From assembly GCF_021028975.2 (NCBI RefSeq), contig NC_059426.1, forward strand, positions 126,294,001 to 126,358,000: a stretch of DNA of 64,000 nucleotides, given 5' to 3'. This DNA is from Sphaerodactylus townsendi. Its lineage: Eukaryota. The position numbers and the translations under genes were made by a program. Below are positions 1 to 12,510 of the stretch, in pieces. How positions within the stretch are numbered: position 1 is the stretch's first letter; the number at the start of each line of letters is the position of its first letter. The notes beneath the pieces were generated by a model. That model was not told where the DNA came from. It did not search any database and saw only the letters and a program-made list of their open reading frames with translations.

Positions 1-465
1 CAAGGTCACTCAGCACACTTCTTTTGTAGGAGTGTAGGAGTGGGGATCCAGTTCTCCAGATTATAGTCCAGCACTCTTAACCACTACACAATGCTGGGTC
101 TCAGTGTGGCTCTCAATATGCTGATGTGACCTATTGAGTTTGAGATGGTAATGAAACATCCAAACAGAAATATCAGCCCAATTGCTCGAGGTTCAGAACT
201 GGATGAAATGGGAAAACTTTTGGGATAGAGTTGGGTGTTATCTACATGTATGTGAACTGAAACCCATGGAATTTGTTCAGGACTCTCGAGGACAATGTGT
301 AGTGAAACAAAAGCAAAGGCCTAAAAACAAACCCCTGGGTGAAGATAGAAACTCCTTACTATAAAAATAATCTTTATTCATTTATTAGATGAATTTCTTT
401 AAAAATCAAGCAACAGCCATAAAAATGGATATGTCACCTGTTTTACATAGTGCTTTCTCCTAGAG

Positions 466-585
466 CAGGGGTCTGCAACCTGTGGCTCTCCAGATGTTCA
501 TAGACTACAAATTGGCCATGCTGGCAGGGGCTGATGGGAACTGTAGTCTATGAACATCTGGAGAGCCACAGGTTGCAGACTCCTG
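466..585. mobile_element. hAT (Charlie-type) MITE, palindromic
   Basis: CAGGGGTCTGCAACCT terminal inverted repeats; perfect 8-bp TSD TCCTAGAG (458-465, 586-593). Confidence 0.85.
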
Positions 586-1275
586 TCCTAGAGGTAAATA
601 TGGATGGAAAACAGAGTAGTTTATTTTAACAATAGGTTCTGACAGTTATAGCTTTGTAACTGTTATAGCTTTGTACTCTCAAATGAGCTGATATCCATGA
701 TCTATCTCCCAAGAAGAATAAAAGAAACTGGCATCAAGGTTCCAAAAGAGAAAAATATAAAAATACTTTAAAAAACCAGGGGGAGTAAAATAACCTGAAA
801 ACCATAACAGTGATGTATGTAGAGATGTTGTAGAATGCAGCCAAAGTTCCTTGGTGCCACCGTCACCCAAATATTTTGTGCCTTTGTTGTCCCTTTAGAA
901 CTGTGAATTCTTCACAGAATCTTAGTCCCCTCTTAATGGTGAGGCTTTGGCCTCACATTATAGGTTTTAGTCCCCTTTGTCAAGCACTGGGTTCCAAGCA
1001 AATCACCTGATGCTTAGTTAGAAGGCAACACAATATTTAAGCAGATTGCCAAAACCCTAATCATGGCAACAGCTTCCCAACTCTTGAGAGGCTGCTTGGC
1101 AACCCAGAATGCTGTAGTGACAAAAGCCACGAGAGGGGAGATCAGTGGGCCCTGAGACAAAACCAGTGGAGAGGGAAAGGAAGGCAAGAGGGGAGGGAGG
1201 AGTGATCCCCCCACCTATGTTTTTAAGCCTCTTGTTTAAAATAGTCTTTGAACGTAAGAAAGTTCTGCATTTTAC

Positions 1276-1328
1276 CTCCATCTGTTGCAAAGGTGTCTGG
1301 ATTGGGGCATGAAGTAAAGTGTCCATCT
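1276..1328 (-). CDS. KNL1: KNL1 coding exon 8 (EMDTLLHAPIQTPLQQME)
   Basis: aag acceptor, GTAAAA donor, 53 nt; resembles human GMNTLLSAPIHTQMQQKE. Confidence 0.9.
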
Positions 1329-4300
1329 CTTTTAGGAAAAAGATAAAGAAAATGTTAATTTCCAATCAACATTGTATTATGAAGATTTAAAACAAGAAGC
1401 TTCCAGTCAACAACTTGATTGGTTAGTTAAAATTAACATGTGAAACTCATCCTTGGTAACATTCTAAGACTTTGTTGCCCCCATTGGGACAGTTAGGTCA
1501 CAATGCTGCAGTGAACACAGAAGCTACAATTGGGATAAATCCTCTACTATGGTCCAGACATTAAACCTATAAGCCCGTTCCTCTTGGCTGCAACCACGAT
1601 CTCATTATTTCCTGCCTGCCGATGGCACACAGGGGGTCTAGAGAAATGTAGATGTTTTTGCACCAGTCCTACTTTTTCATTCTTTTTTCCCCTTTCAGTT
1701 CCATCTCACCCTTGCTAATTGTTTTGTTGAGTTCCTGTTTTTCGGACAACTGTCTGCTCTGTTTCGCTTCCTTTAGCTATCTTCTCTCGAGTAGCCTTTT
1801 AGTATTGTTTTACTCTCCAACAGCATCAAGTCCTCCTAATTTCAAATGCTGAGCCAGTGATATTTCTTCAGAGCTCTCTCTGTGATTAGTCTCTTGCCAC
1901 TTCTGTTCCATGGGTGCTCTGCTGCTTTCCCGCAAACCCCATTCCGCATCTAACCTTCCTTGAGTTCCTTTCTCAGGCTGATGCCTGCTTCGTACCTTTT
2001 CTCTTTGCCGCCTTTTTGTCTTTTAACTTCCCTGTTAGTAGTGACCTCTTACCAGTCCTTTGCCTTCCTGCGTTAAGGATTATGTTCCAGGAAACCGACA
2101 ATTTCCCTAATGTTACTGAAAATGTTTTAGGATCAGAGAATTCGCTGGCACAAGTACAACAAAATACAGAATATTTTAATTGCCTGTAGCAGTAATTGTC
2201 TTTAGGTAGAATGACTCAGGACAAAGTCTAATTACTTAAGAGATTGATTGTTTTCCAAAGATTGTTCAAATATACAGCTTTTAAAAGCACAGCTCATCTC
2301 TATACTTACCAGTGATCTCACACTGGACAGTCTCTGGTTTTTCTTTTCTTTAAAAAAGCACACACAATTTAGCAATGTAGCAAAACTGATCATTAACAGA
2401 AAACTGAATTGGACCTACTCTTATGTAACCTAAAATCTCAATAAACTTAAAATATACTTTTTAGAATGCTTTGTCAATGTCACAAGTGAAATTAAATACC
2501 TGCTGCAGGAAGCAGGAATTTACCTACAACTTCAAAAGTTTGTAATTAATCTTTCTATACTGTAGATTGGATAATTCCCAAAGTATACTTGGGTGGGAGG
2601 TGGGGGGTGAGGATACTAGAGCATAATGAGGAACAGTGAAAGGCTGTTGTAGCTTTAAAATACTCAAATGTCAGATGAGGCTGTCCGTGGCATTGCTATA
2701 TGATTTACTGCTCTAGTCAGCTTAGGTTTAATTCTGTTGCACCTCTGCACTTGCTGTGATTACAGCACAAAGATACAACATTACCTGCTTTCAGATGCCA
2801 ACACTTATCATCTTAGAATATTCTATAAATAAACCTTTGTGGGCAAAACAAAGAAGTGTGGAGAATATTGCATTAAGCATTGAACAACAATGGTGCTAGT
2901 ATCGTTTAGATTAACGTCAACTTGGAAACACTTCAAACTAGACTACTTGTTCATGGAATTCACTGAAAACTTACTGATCAAATGGTTCTTGATGCCTTGC
3001 TGCTACAGTTTCCTCTAAAATTAGAAAAGCAAACATCATGAAAAGCATCAGTATCGTGGCATGCATTTATCACAACAGTGCATATAAAAAGGCTTCATTT
3101 ATCATTTCTGGTCAATTATGGATGCAACTGTAACAGAAGTTCCCGCCTGCATAATCTGACTCACCATTTGTTTGAAGATCTGCTGGAAAAACCCTAAAAA
3201 ACCACAAACAGTTTTAATTGCTTGGAGGGAAAATCTCTTTATGAAGACACGCACAACTTTATACTATCAAATGATTTCATCATGTCACTTGCCAGTATTT
3301 CAATAGCACCATACAAGTCACCTAGTACCCTTCACATTACAAAAGGGGAAAAAATTAAGAAGCCAGATTTCTCAGGCAAATCATCCTGCATTTAAAAGAA
3401 CAAGCTCACCTTATTGTATCTGCAAAACTGACACGGCGGGAGTTTTTCTGACGTTTCTCGATATCGCAACCCTGAACATGCAACACAGAAATCAAACCAT
3501 AGACCGCAAATTCTCTTTTATATGAAAGTATTCCAATTATCATATATAGGTCGTTAAAATAAATAATATTAAGAATACTACTCATCATCATAAAACCTTC
3601 TTCATATATTAAGCACTAGCGAGGCAAAGTTATAGCACATTGCCTGTATTTTGCATACATCTGTTTCACACAGGCCAAATAAGATGCCCTGGGGACTGAA
3701 AAAAGGCTTCTTGGGGAGGCACTCCACAGAGCTGCTTTCCCAAGGTGTCCTCAGGATGCCTTACTTCAGCTCAAAGCATTTTTTTAATGCTTCAAAGTAC
3801 ACTTTCCCCCCCTTAAGTCACCTGCAAGACTTCTCTTGCCTGGTTGTGCGGAGTGCAGGAGCTCAGGAGGAGACTTATTTTTCCTGCCCGACCATTTCAC
3901 TCTCTGGTCAGTTTCACCCTCTGCTTGCGTCTGACATTTTGTGTGCTGCAGAAGGGGTTCTCCCTGCCGCCATTTGCTGAAGGTTGCCCGAGGACGTTTG
4001 CTCCATAGGTTCCGGTCCTGAGCACCTTTTCAGCCCAAAGAGTACACAGTTTGTACTTGGCTTGTCCTGCTGATTCCAGCAATATATAGTTTTCTTTTTA
4101 AAAAAAAAACTTTAAGTGACTTATTTTTGTAACTAAGCAGACACATGTCTGAGAATCTAAGCTGCTTCGAATCTTAGCTGCTTCTGCCCTTTGAAAAGCA
4201 TTGGGTAAACCTTCCCACAGTGGACCGACTTAGTAAAAAACTAAGTCAGTCAGTGACGGGCAGCTCTACCCAGTGCTTTTCAAAGGGCAGAAGACCCGTA

Positions 4301-7300
4301 TTCCGAGCAGCTTAAGATTCTCAGACACGTGTCTGCGTAGCTACAAAGACAGCTCATTAAAAAAAATTTAAAAGGAAAACTATATATTGCTAGAATCGGT
4401 AGGATGAGCTGAGTACAACTATATCCCCTTTGGGCTGAAAAGGCGCCCAGGATCAGAGCCTGCAGGCCAAATGCCTTAGGACAACCTTCAGCAAATGGAA
4501 GCTGGGAGAACCCCTTCTGCAGCACAAAAAATGTCGGGTGCAAGCCGACTAGAGAGCAAAAAGAATTGGGCGTTAAAAAAAGCCTCTTTTTTCCTCTGAT
4601 GCCTGTGCTGTCCGGAAAACAAATGAGAGGCATTTTTTTAAAGACATCCCCAGGACGTCTTATTTTGGGTGTGCAGAGTGAAATTAAGAAGTCCCCCAGA
4701 TGTCTAATTTGTGCTGTGCAGAACAGACCTCAGAGGTGCATGGGGGTTCCTTCCGTACCTACCAAAAAGGCTCCTTTGTGTGTTTGGACTGGCTCAACTT
4801 CTCTCTACATACTGTCACCTCTTCTATACACAAATATGTGCAGGTTAGCAATTGAAGAGGACAAAAACTAGAACTGCAACTCTTCTTTTGTAGTTAACTA
4901 ACCTATGAGGTTTCACTGGCTTGAAGATAACATCTAGTATTTCTATAAAGACTGAAAGATAGTTTGGCAAGCAAAGCAAATTTGTTGGAAACTGAGTTAC
5001 TGAACAGTTAGATCACCCTGTGACAAAAGATGAACGTTCTGTAAAATAAAGGTAGCACTTAGTAATGCATCTAGACTATCAGGAGCAAAAGCATCAATCA
5101 TAACTGAAAGAGTGTGCAGTTAAAACAGCTTTAATGGCATCAAACTCAGTGATTACTCTGTCGAGCTATGAACGTTGATACCAAACTTCTGGGATAACGG
5201 TCATTTCATCACAATCTGGAGCTTTATTTCAAGGTAAACCCCCCCCCCCCCCCGCAAACACTCTTAATCCCCTCATGATCCAAACAGCAGTGATCTTGCA
5301 TGTTTTATATCTTTCTAAGGTAGGTTTCTAAGCATAAACAGCCAAATCAGTAATAATTTTAAGTTCTACATCTCTTCTGATACGGAAAGTGTACAATGTA
5401 ACTCAAGAAATCTTATCTGATACAGAAAGTAGAGCTAAACAGCAGTATGGATTAACCCTTATAGAAAATATCTATAAAGTATTGCAATCTGATCCCAAAC
5501 ACCATTCAGTCCTAGTGATCACAAGGGAGCTTGCTTCCATATATATGTGTCAAGATATTATTTCTACTTATATAGATATCACTATAGATATTTTAATCAG
5601 CAGGATGTTGCAGGTTCTGAAGTAGATTAGAGACCAGCCTTTAAAAAAAATACTAACAGAGTAAAAAAATGACATTTACCTGGATGCACTCATTTCCACT
5701 CATTAGCTCACGAAGAGGAGTTCGGGGGACTTTTAAAATCTAATAGGAAAATTAGTATAGATGAAAAAATTTTCAGTGCAAACTATTCTTTTTTTTAAAG
5801 TCAGCTGTTATGTTTTAACTAAACACACTTTTCTACAGCTGATACTGGCTTGCTTTGCTGACAGGGCAGCTACAATAATAAGAGCTCCAGAAAAAAGTCT
5901 GGTTGCCACAGGTTACACCCTTGCCTGTACATAAATGGCTCCTTTGAATCATTGCCCAATTTAAATCTGCAGATTAACTGAGAAAAATTTCTTGACCGAT
6001 CATTATTGGTTGTAGGTCATAAAGCAGGGAGTGTAAAGTTTTAACAATGCACCTTAAAATAGAGGGCATTTGGCTGAAAAGGGCCATTTATCTGAGCTCA
6101 TATCCAGATGAGAAACGCATAGTATAAGTCAAATAAAATACACATATAGAGCCACCTTGGGCATAGTGGAAAGTTAGGATGTAATTTTAATTATCTTATT
6201 TATTTACAGTACTTATGCAACATATGAACTGCAGATAAAAATGAACTCAGTGTCACAAAGTTCTCTCCATTTTTTAAAATCAAGACTACACCAAAGAATG
6301 ACATTTTATTGTGGGTAAGCATGCCTTGTTAAGTCATTTTGTTTACTCCATGACGAAATATTGTTCTGCTAGCAATAGACAACATGCTCGATCTTTTATC
6401 AAAGGGATACCATTTTACTATGTTTGTATAGGCATTAATAAACAGCTTTGACCTGGATAGCGCAACTATCTTGATCTTGTCAGATGTCTAAACATAAGCA
6501 GGGTCAACCCTAGTTAGAGTTTGGATAGGAGACCACCAAGGATCTCTATGTAGAAGCGGGCAATGGAAAACCACCTCTGAACACCTCTTGCCTTGAAAAC
6601 CTTCTAGGAGTGCCATAAGTTGGCTGCAGCTTGATACCACTTAACAAATACATTAATATACATCTTAAAATTATAACATTTTCTTTAGCAGTTTTGCTTT
6701 GCATTAATGTTTCTCTTTATACAAATGAAAGGATTACCACTTATCTCTGCAAGAGAAAAAACAGACCTTTGTCTCATTTTTGGCCTGGTATACTCCGCCC
6801 AGAGCCCTCTGGGGGTGGGCGGTTTAAAATCTAATAAATAAATAAATAATACTTACTGATGAAACTCTTCTTTTAGTTGTATGGTCACTAAAAACAAACA
6901 AGAAGGAACTCAATGTACAAGCAAAATGATCCCATAAACTCCTCATAATCCCCAAAACTAAGATGCTCTTAGATAGCACACGCCATACCCTCCACCCATT
7001 TGGTAGACTGACCATTATTAGAGCTAAGTACAGTACTTGTACTTTTAAACGTCACACATTTTAAACTTTGCATACCAATCATATACTGAGAAAAATATGA
7101 ATTATTCATGATATGTTCTTAAAATTAGTTTAGGTATCATAAGAAAGTTAGTATTGCATATGTTTCGATTTCTCTCTAAACTTCTTTCCTTCTCAAGATA
7201 GCCATGTGAACAGCTTGAAGAATTCCAGAAAAAATGTGCATCTCTAGTCACATACATATGCAGGAGCTTGCAAAAGAATCACAGTTTCCGATAAAGGAGG

Positions 7301-7410
7301 CAGTGTTCTGGGCAAATAAGACTGCAATTTTTAAAAAATCACCATAAAAACATTTGTTGAGAAAGTTCAACTTACTCTTCTGCAATTATTTCAGAATAAA
7401 TTCTGTCCAT
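1276..7410 (-). CDS. KNL1: Kinetochore scaffold 1, 5' part; join(7376..7410,6857..6887,5680..5739,3410..3471,3165..3193,2975..3014,2310..2347,1276..1328); continues off the left edge
   Basis: Spliced translation MDRIYSEIIAEDDHTTKRRVSSILKVPRTPLRELMSGNECIQGCDIEKRQKNSRRVSFADTIRVFPADLQTNEETVAARHQEPFDQKEKPETVQCEITEMDTLLHAPIQTPLQQME. It carries the PP1-binding SILK and RVSF motifs of the KNL1 N-terminus. All introns are GT-AG with consistent phases. Syntenic with RPUSD2 and CCDC32. Confidence 0.93.
2310..2347 (-). CDS. KNL1: KNL1 coding exon 7 (KEKPETVQCEIT)
   Basis: aag acceptor, GTAAGT donor, 38 nt, phase-consistent; CEIT matches the human orthologue. Confidence 0.82.
2975..3014 (-). CDS. KNL1: KNL1 coding exon 6 (EETVAARHQEPFD)
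   Basis: tag acceptor, GTAAGT donor, 40 nt; bridges phase 1 to phase 2. Confidence 0.75.
3165..3193 (-). CDS. KNL1: KNL1 coding exon 5 (VFPADLQTN)
   Basis: tag acceptor, GTGAGT donor, 29 nt; continues ADTIR-VF as in the orthologue. Confidence 0.85.
3410..3471 (-). CDS. KNL1: KNL1 coding exon 4 (RVSF motif)
   Basis: KNSRRVSFADTI; cag acceptor, GTGAGC donor. Confidence 0.95.
3660..4730. mobile_element. ~1.1-kb fold-back non-autonomous DNA transposon (possibly PIF/Harbinger-type) in a KNL1 intron
   Basis: Imperfect palindrome centred near 4237 (GACTTAGT-AAAAA-ACTAAGTC). Arms ~3930-4234 and ~4240-4545 align as reverse complements; the termini are also related. Confidence 0.65.
5680..5739 (-). 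CDS. KNL1: KNL1 coding exon 3 (ILKVPRTPLRELMSGNECIQ)
   Basis: Completes SSILK; 60 nt, phase 0-0. Confidence 0.93.
6452..6650 (+). mobile_element. 5S rRNA-derived SINE with RTE-like tail
   Basis: Head resembles the 5S internal control region (TAAGCAGGGTC...TTGGATAGGAGACC); tail GCCATAAGTTGGCTGCAGCTTGATACCAC. Confidence 0.55.
6857..6887 (-). CDS. KNL1: KNL1 coding exon 2 (DHTTKRRVSS)
   Basis: tag acceptor, GTAAGT donor, 31 nt. Confidence 0.9.
7376..7410 (-). CDS. KNL1: KNL1 coding exon 1 (start codon, MDRIYSEIIAE)
   Basis: AAGATGG Kozak context, 35 coding nt, GTAAGT donor. Confidence 0.88.
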
Positions 7411-8080
7411 CTTGGAGGGCCTGGTTTCTACAACAGCCATAACATTAGTATCTCAAAATATTGTGTGAAAACAACAACAACAACAACAACAGCAAGGAAC
7501 AGTTAAAGAGACCTCTCTGGGGACTCATTTTATTTATTTCTCCCCTTTCAAAATGACCACAAAGAGTAAACGGAGGTGTACTATTTATTCAGATTACCAC
7601 AGTCCTGGGATTCAATCATAAATGTAGTTTATGATTTTAAACTTGGGAACATAATTCCTAGGATTACAACATATCCCCCGCACCTTCCGACCGCGATCCT
7701 AGACACACTTTTGTTAGTAATCATTCAGAGAATCGGGCAGCAAATAAAACAATGCCAGGGCGAAGCTAGAACTGCTCTTCCTGATGCAGGTTTGGGGGCG
7801 GGCAGGGAAACATTAATCATTTGACTCTCCCCACAGCCGATTCTTGCCACCTCCAATCAACTCTGTCCCTTGGGCCAAAGAATCACATTTGGCAAAACTG
7901 CTGCTTCTAGGCCACGTCTTGGGACACACAACGACTTAAGGGAGCAAACCCACGGGCAAAGTGAGATTTGCTTCCGAGTAAGCATGTACGGAACAGGGCT
8001 GCTGTGGACGCAAGGAAGAGTGTGAGAAGCTAAAGCGGCCCTGGAATAGCAAAGAGAATGGCGGCCATTGCAAGACTCAC

Positions 8081-8240
8081 CCTAAGGCCACGTCCCGACT
8101 TTCGGCTACAAGCGGCGAGGACAGCGGCTGCACGAGGAGGCCGCAGAGCAACCAATGAGCCCGGCCGCCCTCAAACCACCGCGTCCTAGCGAGGAAACCC
8201 GCCCTTCAGCACCCCCATGAATTTTGACTGGGGCCGCCAG
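8081..8240 (-). other. KNL1: Probable non-coding first exon of KNL1 (5' end approximate)
   Basis: CpG-rich segment ending at a GTGAGT donor (8075-8080), immediately downstream of the CDE/CHR element. Confidence 0.6.
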
Positions 8241-8244
8241 AGAA

Positions 8245-8276
8245 TTCAAACTAACCGCCAAATCGTGCGCATGCGC
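8245..8276 (-). promoter_or_regulatory. CDE/CHR cell-cycle element plus NRF1-like site in the KNL1 promoter
   Basis: Minus strand reads GGCGG-TTAG-TTTGAA (CDE 8255-8259, 4-nt spacer, CHR 8245-8250). TGCGCATGCGC at 8266-8276. CCAAT at 8152-8156. Confidence 0.8.
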
Positions 8277-8597
8277 CTGGCTCGCGGCATACCGTAAAAA
8301 TAGACCGTAGCTCGCCTTTGCGACATGGCAGCATTCACGTTCCGTACAATATGGTGGCTTCCAAGTAGGTAGGCCAGTTCAGCTCTCCGCCGCAATTGCA
8401 AGGTGTTGAGGTAAAGGAGGCTCGAGAAAGCGATCTGCGAGGTTTTCGAAGGAGTTGTCATTAATGACTGCTTTGGTTCTGCGTATCCTCTGCATTTATT
8501 AGTTGAAAAACAAACTGCATCTATATAAATATACGATTGAAGCACAGATTTGGCAGTAGCAGTTTCTTCTGGCCTTGGAAGGAAATAAAATTCCTGT

Positions 8598-8679
8598 GAC
8601 GAGGTGGCCGAGTGGTTAAGGCGATGGACTGCTAATCCATTGTGTTCTGCACGCGTGGGTTCGAATCCCATCCTCGTCG
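8598..8679 (+). tRNA. tRNA-Ser (anticodon GCT)
   Basis: 82-nt GACGAGGTGGCCGAGTGGTTAAGGCG...GCT...GGTTCGAATCCCATCCTCGTCG with A and B boxes and a long variable arm; TTTTT Pol III terminator at 8684-8688. Confidence 0.98.
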
Positions 8680-10285
8680 TCAGTTTTTCCTGAAAATGAA
8701 CAGCTTCAGGGGATCATATCCAGTATTGGTTTTTATAATATTTATTTGCCAACTGGACATTGTGTTTTGATACACACTTGCAATCCTGAGCTCTTTTTTA
8801 GACGTTGGTATTAAGTAGCTGTTGGTAGACAGTGCTATATTACTAAAATACTATAAAATAGACATTCTGTACAATATAACCATTAAAAATTGGAATAAAT
8901 TTATGTATCAAGGCTCAGTGCTTGTAAAAAGAAATATTTGATATAAGGGAAAAGCATAGATGCTCTTTGTTAATACACTGTTCTTTCTCAAACAGGATCA
9001 AAACATTCACTCGAATTCCTATTGCCAGTAAATGTTCCAATAATTAAAAACAATATAGCACAGTCAAGAACATCATTCATCGGGGGACTGGGAATTTTCT
9101 GTTTTACTTTGCTTCCTTTGTGAATCCAGCTATGTTTTCGATTTAATATTGCAAATATCCTCATTTTGGAGAGAATACTTATTTACTGAGAAATGTTGGG
9201 CCTCAGGTGACATGATTGTTCCTGGAGACACATTGCTGACGCCCAGCACGGCCACCACAAAACTCAGTACCTTCCAAGGGTCCAAAGCAAAAGCCACATC
9301 ATACCTTTTATTAAAACCAGCTAAAAGAACACAAACTTTTGAGCTCTTCATAACTCTTCATGGGGCACACAATTAAAAGGGGAGAGACAACATATCTTTC
9401 AAGGGACTGTTTGGTAGTGCTTGTGTTAGGATACCGGTGGGATGATTAGCAGGCTTCAGTGGAGGCAGACAGTGGCTGTTAAAGCTGGCATCTCATTGCT
9501 CCCCTCCACTCTTTCTGGAAACAGTGGAAATCACTGGTGTAAATTTCATTTGAACCAGGTTATGGGGCATTTATGCCAGCACTGGAGTACGCATGCTGAT
9601 ACCAGCGATTCATGCCCCCAGAGACACCCCCAAACCTCGCCTTGGATTGCACTGTAACACAGTGACATGCACAATTACTTAGTTGTTTCCTAACATGTAA
9701 TTCTCACTCGTGCAATCAAAAACAACTTTGCTGCTGCCACATATCATTTAGCTCTGTTCACAGTGCAATCCTAAACAGATGAGCAACCCAATCCAGAGCC
9801 TTGGGCAGAAGGATGGCATTGCTGCGGCTTCTGGTAGTGTGGGGACAGAGACACCCCCGCCCCCCGCAACCCACACTGCCGGAAAGCCCTTCATAGGGCT
9901 TAATGGACTTCTGCCACCCAAAAGGGTGTCACCGTAGGTCTATGCCCCGACCTGTGGCACAACTTCCCGCAAACCTGAGGTGGAAGCTGACTGTCAGGTC
10001 CTCCCCTGGGAACACCTCTGCCATGCCCCCGCTATGCCAACAGGGCAGGAAGATGCATGGAAGTGCTCTTGCTTCCGAGTGATCTGAGGGGCTACAGCAG
10101 GCATGTTTGCCCTTTCACCTGGGAAAGTGTTCTAGGGAGGACAAATCTGTCGGTGTGCGGGGGGGGGGGGGGGTGCTGCCTCTCAAAGCCAATTTGCCCC
10201 CCCCCCCCCATTGGGCTGTTACACCCATTTTATTTATTTGTAAAACATTTATGCCACCTTTACACATAAACTGCTCAAGGCACCT

Positions 10286-10580
10286 TGTGTGTTAAGTGCC
10301 AGCAAGTGACTTCTTACTTATGATGACCCTTTGAATTAATGTCCTTTCAAAAGTCCTGTTGTTAACAGCCTTGCTCAAGCTGGCGTTTCCTGTATCAAGT
10401 TTAATTCATTTTATGCTGGGTCTCCCTGTTTTCCTACTGCCTCCAACTTTTCCTGACCAGGACTCTTGTCTTCTCATTGTGTGACCAAAGTACAATAGTC
10501 TCAATAAGTCATGCATGTTACTCAGAAGAAAACCTCTGTTTAATGAAGTTTGCAAGCAAGCAAGCAAGCAAGCATAGAAC
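10286..10580 (-). mobile_element. RTE/BovB LINE 3' fragment, left arm of an inverted duplication
   Basis: Translates LYFGHTMRRQE...GKVGGSRKTGRP, the RTE ORF C-terminus; CA-repeat tail. Confidence 0.75.
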
Positions 10581-11096
10581 TGCAGTTTTACAGTGCAATC
10601 CAACCCAGAGTTTCATCCTTCCAAGTCTATTAAAGTAAATCAACCATAGAGAGGAAGCTGATTGTTATAAGTCAAGGGATGTATACTTAAGTGGTTCTGT
10701 TCTCCAGCTTAGAGTACACCTATCCTACACCCCTCTGGCTCTTTAATTTAAAAAGTTGCTGGTTCTTACATATACCTCCTCTCATACTGTCCATTCCACC
10801 AGCTAAGATCTTCCTGACAAAACCTGGGCCTTCAAGAGGTAAAGCAGGCAGTGACCAGAGATGGAGCTGTTTCAGCCATGGACCTTTTTCCTGTGAATAC
10901 CCTTCTTTAAGCTTGCTTTACACCTACCCAACTCTTTTAAGGACCAGTGCCCCCCCCAGATTTCTTGTTATTCAGGCTTTTAGTTAAGGGGGTTGATTTT
11001 TTAATATAATTTGCTTCTACAGTTTTATCAAACTTATTTTAAACTGCTCCATAAATTATGATGCTTTAATGCTCTGGTTGGATTTGTAATGGTGAG

Positions 11097-11099
11097 GTT

Positions 11100-11133
<34 letters not shown>

Positions 11134-11401
11134 AAACTTCATTAAACATGGAGGTTTTCTTCTGAGTAACATGCATGACTTATTGAGACTATTGTACTTT
11201 GGTCACACAATGAGAAGACAAGAGTCCTGGTCAGGAAAAGTTGGAGGCAGTAGGAAAACAGGGAGACCCAGCATAAAATGGATTAAACTTGATACAGGAA
11301 ACCCCAGCTTGAGCAAGGCTGTTAACAACAGGACTTTTGAAAGGATATTAATTCAAAGGGTCATCATAAGTCAGAAGTCACTTGCTGGCACTTAACACAC
11401 A
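11097..11401 (+). mobile_element. RTE/BovB LINE 3' fragment, right arm of an inverted duplication
   Basis: Near-identical reverse complement of 10286-10580. Confidence 0.75.
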
Positions 11402-12284
11402 CCCGCGCGGAGTGCAGTGAATGAATTTTCTTTGTGTTAACTTTGATACTGTTTGTCACCATGCTATTTCGCTCCTCCCCAGTGCCTTATTACCAACACA
11501 TCCTGAATGATGGGCATCCTGACTAATGTGACACAGAATTCAGGGAAACAAATGTAAAATCTGGTGGGTTGTTAAAAATGGTAAAGACTACAGCAGCACA
11601 TCTAAGCATCACTACTTTACCACTTAGCCTATCACACCACAATCAGTCTCAGTACCTGGAGACCCCACGGCCAAACTTCTGCCCAAGTAGAACCAGTTGA
11701 CCTTTAAATGGTCAGCCTGGAGGCAAGGAGGCAATGCAGAGGGACTGGTGGTTTCCTGGCAACAGGATAGCCCTGTTTTGCATGAGGTTGTAGTTGCCAC
11801 TTTATATACTTGGACAGATGTCCAATCTCTGTGCAGCTCACAGCATTTATGTATTTGTTAACATTTTCCCATGAATTCTGTCTTGTAAGGCAAAGCTTCC
11901 ATTTTCAGATGTTGTGCTAATTTTTGTTCAACACAACTTGTGATGCTTGCTTTGCTATTAAATCTCCTTTGCCTATTAAGTTTTTGTAAAGGGAGAGCTG
12001 ACTAATCCTGTAAATAAAGTTGATTAATTAAGGGAGTCATTTTAAAAATAAAGCCATTCAATTCATGGCTCAGAAGTAAATTCCACACCTGCAAATAGTC
12101 ATTTGCTCTCCTCACTATGACCATGCATGGCTGAATCTTCCATTCTTTTTCAATTTATTATGACAGTAGCTAGCTAATTACTTCACCGAGGATTACAAAG
12201 ATGTGGTTGTACTATTTCCTGCAGTGAACTGCAAGCATCCATTTGATAAACTGTCTCCAAAAATAGAAATGATAGTTTTGGCTA

Positions 12285-12510
12285 TTCGGGCTGTTGACGG
12301 TGGAAAGTGCCATGAAGTTGCCGCCAACTCATGGCAACCTCATAGAGTTTTCAAGGCAATTTACATTCAGAGGTGTTTGCATTTGCCCGTGTCTACATAC
12401 CAACCACAGACTTCCTTGGTGGTCTCCCACCCAAGTATTAATCAGGGCTAGCCCTGCTTATCTTCTGAGACATAACAAGATTGAGCCAGTCTGAACCATC
12501 CAGATCAGGG
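12285..12510 (-). mobile_element. 5S-derived SINE with RTE-like tail
   Basis: Reverse complement of the family at 6452, 14950, 36337 and 41965. Confidence 0.5.

Noticed and set aside
1-1275. Further KNL1 exons (MELT-repeat region)
   Set aside because: I could not find a phase-compatible exon with KNL1 similarity; they presumably lie beyond the window.
8246-8671. 141-aa ORF starting MGFEPTRAEHNGLAVHRLNHSAT
   Set aside because: Antisense translation of the tRNA-Ser gene and the promoter.
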